Made by a program: the position numbers and the translations under genes
Notes under the pieces: model-generated
Told to the model about the DNA's origin: nothing
The model's database searches: none
Seen by the model: the letters and a program-made list of their open reading frames with translations, nothing else
Assembly (NCBI GenBank): GCA_031271665.1
Contig: JAISVI010000060.1
Coordinates: 1 to 41,685 of the forward strand
Length of the DNA: 41,685 bases
Direction of reading: 5' to 3'
DNA from: Oscillospiraceae bacterium
GTDB taxonomy: Bacteria; Bacillota; Clostridia; Oscillospirales; UBA929
Shown: piece by piece, positions 34,328 to 41,685 of the stretch
Numbering within the stretch: position 1 is the first letter of the stretch
Layout: every line of letters begins with the position of its first letter

Positions 34328-35707
34328 CTATTTCCCCGCGAGGTAGGCGATCATGCTCTCCGCCGCGATCTTGCCCGCGCCCATCGCCTTTATAACCGTG
34401 GCCGCGCCGGTGGAGATGTCGCCGCCGGCATACACGCCGGGGCGGCTTGTCTCGCCCGTGTCCGGGTTTGTCACCACACAGCCCCAGCGGTCGAATTCAA
34501 GTCCCCGCTCGGTCTGGCGCAGAAGCGGGTTGGGAGATGTGCCGATTGCGGAAATAACGCAGTCGCACTCGACGGTGAAGCGGCTTCCCGGTTTCGGGAC
34601 GGGGCGGCGGCGTCCGGAGGCGTCCGGCTCGCCAAGTTCCATTTCCTCGCAGACCATGCCCGACACCCGGAAATCGTCCCCGCCCAGTATCTCCACGGGG
34701 GCGGTAAGGAATTTGAAGACGATGCCCTCTTCCATGGCGTGGTGTATCTCTTCCTTGCGGGCGGGCAGTTCGGCCTCGCCCCTGCGGTAGACGACCGTCA
34801 CGTTGCCGCCGCTTAAACGCTTGGCGCAGCGGGCGGCGTCCATGGCCACGTTGCCGCCGCCGACGACCGCCGCGTTTTTGAATACGGGCGCGGGCGTTTC
34901 CGCATCCGGCTCGTACGCCTTCATAAGGTTAATTCGTGTAAGGAATTCGTTGGCGGAGTATACGCCGATAAGGCTTTCTCCCGGGACTTTCATAAATGTG
35001 GGAAGCCCCGCGCCAACGCCGATAAACACCGCGCCGAAGCCGCGCGCGAACAAGTCGTCTATTGAAAGAACGCGCCCGACGACCATATTCGTCTCGATCT
35101 TCACGCCCATGTCTTTAAGGCTTTCTATCTCGCGCCCCGCCACGGCCTTCGGAAGACGGAACTCGGGTATGCCGTAGATAAGCACCCCGCCCGGCGTGTG
35201 GAACGCCTCGAACATAGTGACCTCCACCCCGGCGGCGGCAAGTACGCCCGCGCAGGTAAGCCCCGCCGGGCCGGTCCCGATAACCGCGGCGCGATGCCCC
35301 GTAGGCGCGGCGCCGGACAATGCCTTTGGCACGGCGCTGTCCGCCGCGTAGCGCTCAAGCCGCCCGATGGCCACCGGCTCGCCCTTCAGTCCCCGGACGC
35401 AAAGCTCTTCGCACTGGGTCTCCTGCGGGCAGACGCGCCCGCATATGGCGGGCAGCGCGTTTGTCCTTCGCAGAATCTCAAGCGCCGTATCCGCGTCGCC
35501 GCTTTTAAGCGGCGTTATAAAGGCGGGGATGTCAACCCCGACGGGACAGCCCTTTACACAGGGCTTATGCTTGCAGCCAAGGCAGCGCTCGGCCTCGCTT
35601 TTCGCCTGTTCGGCGGTATAGCCAAGGGCGACCTCGGTGAAATTGGTATTGCGCGTGTCCGGGCTTTGCTCGGGCATCGGCGTTTTGTTAAGCTGCATAT
35701 TAGGCAT
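34328..35707 (-). CDS. GltD-like flavoprotein, large subunit of an NfnAB/SudAB-type transhydrogenase
   Basis: RCLGC...CVKGCP, CGRVCPQETQCE, GTGPAG, YGIPEFRLP and GGGNVAMD motifs; paired with the small subunit. Confidence 0.92.
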   Translation of the reverse strand: MPNMQLNKTPMPEQSPDTRNTNFTEVALGYTAEQAKSEAERCLGCKHKPCVKGCPVGVDIPAFITPLKSGDADTALEILRRTNALPAICGRVCPQETQCEELCVRGLKGEPVAIGRLERYAADSAVPKALSGAAPTGHRAAVIGTGPAGLTCAGVLAAAGVEVTMFEAFHTPGGVLIYGIPEFRLPKAVAGREIESLKDMGVKIETNMVVGRVLSIDDLFARGFGAVFIGVGAGLPTFMKVPGESLIGVYSANEFLTRINLMKAYEPDAETPAPVFKNAAVVGGGNVAMDAARCAKRLSGGNVTVVYRRGEAELPARKEEIHHAMEEGIVFKFLTAPVEILGGDDFRVSGMVCEEMELGEPDASGRRRPVPKPGSRFTVECDCVISAIGTSPNPLLRQTERGLEFDRWGCVVTNPDTGETSRPGVYAGGDISTGAATVIKAMGAGKIAAESMIAYLAGK

Positions 35708-36554
35708 GTTCTGCACCCCTGCTTTCCCCGGTCAGTCTGCAAATATGCTCGTCCATTCGCGCCTTCTCGAAGGCCGCGTACGCGGTGTTGCGGCGCATTG
35801 TCTCGTCAAAGTCCACCAGATGCCCGTCGAAGTCCGGGCCGTCCACACAGGCGAAGAAAACCTTGCCGTCCACGGTGACGCGGCAGCATCCGCACATTCC
35901 GGTGCCGTCCACCATAAGGGGGTTCATGCTTACGACGGTCGGAATGCCATACTCTTTGGTAAGCCGGCTTACGAATTTCATCATAACAAGCGGCCCGATG
36001 GCGTACACGCGGTCAAACGAAACGCCGCCGGTTATAAGCCCTTTGAGCTTGTCCGTCACAAACCCCTTAAAGCCGTAGCTGCCGTCGTCGGTGCAGATGT
36101 GCAGGGCGCTTGAGTCTTCGCGCATCTCCTCTTCCAGGATAACGATGTCCTTTGTGCGGAAACCGGCAATCATATGTACCTCGGCGCCTTCGCGCTTCAG
36201 CGCGGCGGCTATCGGCCACGCGATGGCGCAGCCAAGCCCCCCGCCGACAACGGCGCATCTGCCGCTTTGAAGGTGCGTCGGCGTTCCAAGCGGCCCGGCA
36301 ACGTCAAGGATTATGTCCCCGGTTTTCATGTCCGACAGAATCGCGGTTGACTTTCCGACGCGCTGGACAACGACGGTGACGACGCCGCTTTGCGCGTCCG
36401 CGCGCGCGATGGTAAGCGGGATTCTCTCGCCCCGCGCGTCGACGCGAAGGACGACGAACTGACCCGGCAGCGCCTTGGCCGCGATATGCGGCGCGTCCAG
36501 GTCGATGCGCGTAACGTCCGCGTTAAGACGGCGCGCGTTTGCAATGACTGCCAA
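35700..36554 (-). CDS. Ferredoxin-NADP+ reductase-like small subunit of NfnAB/SudAB
   Basis: PGQFV, GERIPLTI, GPLG, TDDGS and MVDGTGMCGCCRV...CVDGPDF motifs; TTG start after AAAGGAGG. Confidence 0.92.
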   Translation of the reverse strand: MAVIANARRLNADVTRIDLDAPHIAAKALPGQFVVLRVDARGERIPLTIARADAQSGVVTVVVQRVGKSTAILSDMKTGDIILDVAGPLGTPTHLQSGRCAVVGGGLGCAIAWPIAAALKREGAEVHMIAGFRTKDIVILEEEMREDSSALHICTDDGSYGFKGFVTDKLKGLITGGVSFDRVYAIGPLVMMKFVSRLTKEYGIPTVVSMNPLMVDGTGMCGCCRVTVDGKVFFACVDGPDFDGHLVDFDETMRRNTAYAAFEKARMDEHICRLTGESRGAEHA

Positions 36555-36591
36555 AGAATTTCCTCCTTTTTTACTGTCTAATATAACAAAT

Positions 36592-37638
36592 CTAAGGTAA
36601 CAAATTGTCACAATATCCGCAACGCCCGTTTTCGGAAAGCGCGGGCAGGTAAGTCTCGCGCTTTGTGATGCACCGCCCGTTTTCACAGCGCGGCTTGTCC
36701 GCGCCGGACGCGTAAGACGGGTATTCCTTGGGTTTCTTCGCGAGCGTAAGGAGAAGAGCCATGCGCACCGTCATGCCGATCTCGGCCTGTTTGAAATACG
36801 CGGCGCGGGGGTCTGTGTCCACGTCCGCGTGTATCTCGTCCACGCGCGGCAGAGGGTGGAGTATAAGAAGATCCTTTTTCGCGGCTTTAAGCTTCTGCGC
36901 CGTAAGCACGTACACGCCCTTAAGCCGTTCGTACTCAAGGGGGTCAAGGAACCGCTCGCGCTGGATGCGCGTCATATACAAAACGTCAAGCTGGGCAAGG
37001 GATGCCTCTAACCGCGTGGACTCGACAAAGCGTATGGCGTTTTCCGACATGTACCCGCGCAGATACTGCGGGACGGAAAGCTCTCTCGGAGAGATAAGCG
37101 ACAGCCGCGCGGAGGGAAAATGTTTAAGCGCCCGTATAAGCGAATGCACCGTGCGCCCGTTTTTCAAGTCCCCGCATATGCCGATATGAAGCCCGTCAAC
37201 GCCGCCGCGAAGCCGCGTTATCGTCGCGAGGTCGGTAAGCGTCTGCGTGGGGTGGAAATGCCCGCCGTCCCCGGCGTTTATAACCGGAACCGAGCTGTAC
37301 ATCGATCCCGCGAGCGCCGCGCCCTCGCACGGGTGGCGCGTCACGATTACGTCGGCGTACCCGGAAACCATGATGAACGTGTCTTTAAGCGTTTCGCCCT
37401 TGGCCGCGCTTGACGCGTTGGGGTCGTTAAAGCCGAACACCCCGCCGCCCAAACGCTGCATAGCCGCCTGGAAAGAAAAATTGGTGCGCGTTGACGGTTC
37501 ATAGAAAAGCGAGGCCATGACGTGTCCGCGAAGCGTGTCCCGGAACGCGCCGGGGTCTTTCCATATTTCCTGCGTAAGCGCGTACAGTTCCCGCCACTGC
37601 CCAAGGCTGACGTCCGCGAAATCGATTAAGTGCCGCAA
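36592..37638 (-). CDS. pyrB: Aspartate carbamoyltransferase with C-terminal PyrI-like Zn ribbon
   Basis: FYEPSTRT, INAGDG.HFHPTQ, TRIQRER and HPLPR motifs; tail CENGRCIT...CGYCD. Confidence 0.95.
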   Translation of the reverse strand: MRHLIDFADVSLGQWRELYALTQEIWKDPGAFRDTLRGHVMASLFYEPSTRTNFSFQAAMQRLGGGVFGFNDPNASSAAKGETLKDTFIMVSGYADVIVTRHPCEGAALAGSMYSSVPVINAGDGGHFHPTQTLTDLATITRLRGGVDGLHIGICGDLKNGRTVHSLIRALKHFPSARLSLISPRELSVPQYLRGYMSENAIRFVESTRLEASLAQLDVLYMTRIQRERFLDPLEYERLKGVYVLTAQKLKAAKKDLLILHPLPRVDEIHADVDTDPRAAYFKQAEIGMTVRMALLLTLAKKPKEYPSYASGADKPRCENGRCITKRETYLPALSENGRCGYCDNLLP

Positions 37639-37662
37639 TGCCGCTCACCCACTTCGGGCAAA

Positions 37663-37691
37663 AGTATATCATATCGGGCGGGAGTTGACAA
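37663..37691 (-). promoter_or_regulatory. Putative sigma-A promoter of pyrB
   Basis: Minus strand TTGTCA-N17-TATACT with extended TG. Confidence 0.7.
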
Positions 37692-37708
37692 TAGAGTCCT
37701 CCGTCTGC

Positions 37709-39488
37709 GTCAGTGTCAAGTAAACGTGGGCAAGACTTAGAGGCGAAAAAACACACACGAAAAATAATCTGAAACTAGCGTGAGATCGTGGGATGAGTTT
37801 ATCGCATTGGTTTTCCGGGGCGGTAAAAGGGAAACGGCAAAGCTTTGTAAAGCCTCACCGCCCCGCAAAAACTCACGAACCGCTCAGGTCGCTCTCCAGC
37901 GTCGCCCTATCCTGAACGTGAGTAAAAGCAAGGTTAGTATAGACGGAAACGGGGTCAAACAAGCGGCATTGGAGAAAAGATTTCTTTCATAAAGGGCAGA
38001 CCGACGGGAATAGCGGCATGGCGAAAGCCATTGTAGCCTTTACCGACACGCTGGGGGCATTTCGCGGCGGACAGAACATTGACAGCGACAGGCCGAGCGT
38101 ATTTTTCGGGCAGCCACATAAGTGAGAAAACGGACAAAGCGCGCCGCAGACGGTCCGTAGACTTCAACGTGAGCATCCGTGCCATGTTGTTGCCGCCGTT
38201 TATGCTCCAATTGGCGCGGCGGCGTTTCATCCGCCGGCCGATCAGCGAAAACACATTGCTTTCCATCGCGCCGCAGCCTCGGTACGCCAAACCGTCCGGC
38301 GGCGCGGGCAATTCCAGTCCCCGGCGTTTGTACGAAACCAGACCGTCCCGGTTGTTCTTGAAATAGGTTTCCAACACACGGTAATGCGCGGCTTCCCGTT
38401 CATCGCCGGTGCTGTTGGCATAGGCGTCAATGACATCGAACATGGTGTCAATCTGCTTGGAGTACAGAAGTTTGAAAATAAGTTTCCGGGCGTCCGGGTT
38501 GCTGACATGCTCAAGCACGGCCTTATTGCGGTGATAGGGGTCGAGTTGAAAGCATACGGTTTCATCGGTAACGCTTCGCCTTACCCAATTCGCTCCGTCG
38601 CCGTTTACAACGCGCTGTTCAACTTCGTCCACATTGTAACAGGATGCAATTACGCCTTCCTTACGCTCCACAAAACTGTCAATCCCTTCAAAATTGGCGC
38701 AGGCTACCTTGTTAGCCAGATTGAAGCGCCCTTTCCCCGTCTGTTTCGCTCCGTCATAGGCAATGGCAACCTTCATCTCGGCGGACGACCCCAATCTCTT
38801 GCGGTCTCGCCCCTGTAGGTTAAGCCAAACCCCGTCCTGCTCCTCAAACAAAAGTTTGACCTCTCGCTTGCCTCGACCCTGATGAAGCTTGTTAAGACGT
38901 GCGTCCTCTTTCTCCTGCTTGTCCGCACGCTCACCAAGCGCCTGAATCACATTCCACACACCGCCGTGGCTGATTGTCTGCCCCGTCATGGCGCTGACCG
39001 CTTCCGCCGTCTTCCGGTATGACATCTCACAGACCGTCTCGGCTATCTTCTCCGCCAATAACGGACTTATTTGGCCGCTAACGCTTTCCCCTACCGCTTC
39101 GTCTAACAGATATACTCCTGCCGTGACTCCATTCTCGTCGGTAAAACGATACAGCGCGCGTTCGTACACTACTTCACCCATCACTGTCTTCAGTGTGGTC
39201 TGCTTCTTCCCTTTGTTCCGGTACTTTTCATGGTCGCGGCTTCGCATAAGTTCCGCATCGTACTGTTCCAGATACTCCCGGAACATCTGACGCCCAATCT
39301 CGCAGACCACTCGGTAAATATATCTCTCAATTTGCGTTATATCGACGCGCTCTTCGGGTATAATCATTTCGCATACACTCCTCAATAATGGTTCTTTCTA
39401 AACTCATTATTCCCGTGTATGCCCCCCCGGTATAAGGCTTACGCCTTTCCCGGGGGGTTACTTTTGCACATGTTTATTTTACACTAAG
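37709..39488 (-). mobile_element. Complete ISLre2-family insertion sequence
   Basis: Imperfect TIRs TCAGTGTCAAGTAAACGTG / CATGTTTATTTTACACTAA. Target-site duplication TCCGTCTGC at 37700-37708 and 39489-39497 (9 bp, or 10 with the next G). Confidence 0.88.
37955..39385 (-). CDS. ISLre2-family (UPF0236) DDE transposase
   Basis: TVMGEVVYER..Y, SYRKTA, EEQDGVW, NGDGANW, LDPYH, GAMES and RMKRRRANWS motifs. Confidence 0.9.
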   Translation of the reverse strand: MRSVCEMIIPEERVDITQIERYIYRVVCEIGRQMFREYLEQYDAELMRSRDHEKYRNKGKKQTTLKTVMGEVVYERALYRFTDENGVTAGVYLLDEAVGESVSGQISPLLAEKIAETVCEMSYRKTAEAVSAMTGQTISHGGVWNVIQALGERADKQEKEDARLNKLHQGRGKREVKLLFEEQDGVWLNLQGRDRKRLGSSAEMKVAIAYDGAKQTGKGRFNLANKVACANFEGIDSFVERKEGVIASCYNVDEVEQRVVNGDGANWVRRSVTDETVCFQLDPYHRNKAVLEHVSNPDARKLIFKLLYSKQIDTMFDVIDAYANSTGDEREAAHYRVLETYFKNNRDGLVSYKRRGLELPAPPDGLAYRGCGAMESNVFSLIGRRMKRRRANWSINGGNNMARMLTLKSTDRLRRALSVFSLMWLPEKYARPVAVNVLSAAKCPQRVGKGYNGFRHAAIPVGLPFMKEIFSPMPLV

Positions 39489-39535
39489 TCCGTCTGCGGG
39501 CGGCAAACGCATGAGCATGCAAAACCGGCATCCTC

Positions 39536-39617
39536 ATGTAGGGGCGACCGTCCTCGGTCGCCCGCACCCGCAGGATTTTACAGGGTTGCGGGCGGTCGGG
39601 GACGACCGCCCCTACAT
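39536..39617. repeat. REP doublet (REPIN-like)
   Basis: GTAGGGGCGACCGTCCTCGGTCGCCCG and, inverted, GTAGGGGCGGTCGTCCCCGACCGCCCG. Confidence 0.88.
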
Positions 39618-39746
39618 TTAGTCTGTGCAACTTGCCCCTTCATGCGTCGCCGTGCAACCTGCGGCGACACTCACCCCGCACACAGAAAAACATAAACTGC
39701 CTTATAGGGGCGCTTACCGCCAAACTGCCTGTAAGGAGTACACGCC

Positions 39747-40232
39747 ATGCCGTATGACCGCGCGAAGGCCGTTGAATACGCCCACCTGTGGGCCTTGGGC
39801 AGGAATCCGAAATACTATGACTTCGCCGCAATCGGCGGGGACTGCACAAACTTTATCTCGCAGTGTATCCTCGCGGGATGCGGCAAAATGAATTACACGC
39901 CGGTAACGGGCTGGTACTATAACAGCCTGTCCTCGCGCAGCGCGGCTTGGGCGGGGGTGCAGTTCCTTTATAACTTCCTGACCGCCAACAAGGGCGCGGG
40001 TCCATATGGATACGATGCGCCGCTTGCCAAGGCAAGACTAGGCGACGTTATACAGCTTTGCTTTGACGCGCAGGCTTTTACGCACTCCGTTTTCGTCGTT
40101 TCCGCGCCGGAACTGCCCGCGCCGGACAGCATACTGGTAGCCTCGCATAACCACGACTGCGACAGCCGCCCGCTTGACACATATTCCTATGCCAGATACC
40201 GCCTGATTCACATCGAGGGCGCGCGGGGCTAA
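39747..40232 (+). CDS. Amidase_6-domain protein
   Basis: YDRAKAVEYAH.WA..RNP.Y...GGDCTNFISQC, GDVIQL, HS and ASH motifs. Confidence 0.87.
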   Translation: MPYDRAKAVEYAHLWALGRNPKYYDFAAIGGDCTNFISQCILAGCGKMNYTPVTGWYYNSLSSRSAAWAGVQFLYNFLTANKGAGPYGYDAPLAKARLGDVIQLCFDAQAFTHSVFVVSAPELPAPDSILVASHNHDCDSRPLDTYSYARYRLIHIEGARG

Positions 40233-41236
40233 CGGGCGAAAACCTCCATCGCCCTGTCATAGCGCGCTAACAGGGAGTCCTCAAGCGCGTCAAGCTCCGG
40301 GTTTACCTTCCTTGCCTCTGCGTCGGACTCGTACCACGCGGCTATTTCGCGCAGCATCCCTTCCAAGGTATATTCACAGCGGAATTCCGGCACGTCGGTC
40401 TTAATGGCGGTGTTGTCGAAAATGCCGGGGAACATTTTTTCCTGATATACGTGAAGGAAGGTATCCGGCGCGGCGGCCATAAGCATCTCGGTGGAAATAT
40501 GTACAAGCTTCGGCTCGATTCCCACAATCTTTCCGAAGGCAAGGTAAAGGTCGTCCCAGATGTGATGGTCGTCGCTTGTGGCGTGATAGAATTTGCCGAA
40601 GCATTTTTTCCGTCCAAGCATCCCGGCATAGGCGCGCGCGATGTCGGGGGCGAACGTCCACGCCCAGGGGTTCGTCCCGTCGCCGAACTGGATAATGCGC
40701 TTGCCCTTCTTTAATCGGTCTATAATGCCGTAGTTGTTGCGCATGACCCCTATATTCCTGCACCCGATTCCATAGGTTAAAGACGGGCGTATCACGCTTA
40801 TCGGCATGTTTTCGTCCATGCGCGTTTGTATGTACGCCTCCATCTTCGCCTTTTCAAAGCCGTAGGGGAACACGGGGGTGTCGTAAAGCGCGAAATCCTC
40901 GCGTATAGGCACGGAAGCGAACGGGCGCTTATACGCCGCCACTGTCGAAGTGAACACGATATGCCCGGTGTTCGCCCCAAGCGCCCTAAGCGTGGACTTC
41001 GCGTCCTCGGCGTTATAGGCGATCATGTCTATCGCCGCGTCGAAGCTTCTTTTTTGCAGAAGCCCCTCAAACCTCTCGCGGTCGGCGCGGTCGGCGACAA
41101 TCGTCTCGACCTCGCCGCCATAGCGCGCGGGGCGCAGTCCCCTGTTAAGCGCGGTCACGCAGTGCCCGTCCGCGAGAAGACGCGACACAATGGCCGAGCT
41201 TATATTGCCCGTTCCGCCGATTACAAGCACCTTCAT
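40229..41236 (-). CDS. NAD-dependent epimerase/dehydratase family protein
   Basis: MKVLVIGGTGNISS, FTSTVAAY, YGFEK and IRPSLTYG motifs. Confidence 0.88.
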   Translation of the reverse strand: MKVLVIGGTGNISSAIVSRLLADGHCVTALNRGLRPARYGGEVETIVADRADRERFEGLLQKRSFDAAIDMIAYNAEDAKSTLRALGANTGHIVFTSTVAAYKRPFASVPIREDFALYDTPVFPYGFEKAKMEAYIQTRMDENMPISVIRPSLTYGIGCRNIGVMRNNYGIIDRLKKGKRIIQFGDGTNPWAWTFAPDIARAYAGMLGRKKCFGKFYHATSDDHHIWDDLYLAFGKIVGIEPKLVHISTEMLMAAAPDTFLHVYQEKMFPGIFDNTAIKTDVPEFRCEYTLEGMLREIAAWYESDAEARKVNPELDALEDSLLARYDRAMEVFAR

Positions 41237-41332
41237 AAAAAGCACCGTCCTTCCAAACTTTTCTTGGGGACAGTATACATTAAAAGCGCCGGGCGGTCAA
41301 TCGGGCGGACGGAGACGCCCTTACTTTTGTGC

Positions 41333-41361
41333 TTGAATAAAAGACGCGCCTGATGTATACT
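41333..41361 (+). promoter_or_regulatory. Putative sigma-A promoter
   Basis: TTGAAT-N17-TATACT upstream of the PH-domain gene. Confidence 0.55.
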
Positions 41362-41386
41362 TTGTGCTGAAAGGGGTTTGAGGAAG

Positions 41387-41685
41387 ATGGCAAAGAGACC
41401 GGAAGTGGAAAGGCCCGAGGTTCTTTGGAAGGATCGCAAACGTATACTTGGAATGCCGATAAGCTTCACCCGCTACGAGGTGTGCGAAGACGCCCTTACG
41501 ATGCGCAAGGGTCTTCTGAAGACGGTGACGGACGAAATACTGCTTTACCGCATAATGGACGTCCGCCTTGTCCGAACCCTTGGCCAGAAGATACTGGGCG
41601 TTGGTACCGTCACGCTTATAAGCACCGATAAGTCCCACGGCGAACTGGAGCTTAAAAACATAAAGCATCCCGACGACGTGCGCCG
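41387..41685 (+). CDS. Bacterial PH-domain (bPH_2-like) protein, runs off the window end
   Basis: My translation: MAKRPEVERPEVLWKDRKRILGMPISFTRYEV...RKGLLKTVTDEILLYRIMDVRLVRTLGQKILGVGTVTLISTDKS...LKNIK; GAGGA RBS. Not in the ORF track. Confidence 0.8.
   Translation, partial: MAKRPEVERPEVLWKDRKRILGMPISFTRYEVCEDALTMRKGLLKTVTDEILLYRIMDVRLVRTLGQKILGVGTVTLISTDKSHGELELKNIKHPDDVR

Noticed and set aside
34328-35707. Glutamate synthase small subunit gltD
   Set aside because: No gltB is present, and pairing with the FNR-like subunit indicates NfnAB/SudAB.
36570-36615. Rex operator upstream of nfnAB
   Set aside because: TTGTGAC-N5-GTTACCT and TTGTTA-TATT-AGACAG resemble half-sites but do not fit the 18-bp Rex spacing; too weak to call.
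37685-37715. Plus-strand TTGACA forming a hybrid promoter with the IS end
   Set aside because: No -10-like hexamer at 16-18 bp spacing.
1-41685. tRNA, rRNA or known riboswitch
   Set aside because: None recognised by eye in the intergenic regions; a covariance-model scan would be needed to exclude them.

Overview
Chromosomal window from a GC-rich, spore-forming Clostridia-type bacterium (spoVAC, pdaB-like, yaaT/ricT, darA; Oscillospiraceae-like gene order is my inference). The backbone is housekeeping: radA end, eda, htrA, ftsH-hpt-tilS, holA-rnmV, a Na+-translocating decarboxylase operon, and pyrB-nfnAB-mtnA-yaaO-darA-holB-yaaT-tatD-radical SAM. Accessory DNA includes a RelB/MazF-like TA pair, an ImmA/IrrE + DUF4411 pair, an AAA-ATPase + nuclease-like pair with a truncated hicB, a RAYT with REPs, and a complete ISLre2-family IS. 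The most notable element is a 5.1-kb phage-derived DNA-packaging cassette at 4940-10044 (XRE repressor, Zn-finger, late-activator-like, TerS, TerL, portal). Its motifs are intact, it has host-like codon usage and a consensus sigma-A promoter, and it has no integrase, replication, capsid, tail or lysis gene, so it is a candidate domesticated or GTA-like packaging module. Other notable points: heptamer repeats give four unrelated proteins the same C-terminal peptide (Q/E)LT(I/M)(D/N)N; an alanine racemase homologue lacks both catalytic residues; tatD and the radical SAM gene are one base from a fusion; and codon usage breaks near 4.0-4.1 kb. All assignments are from motif recognition by eye; no database searches were run.
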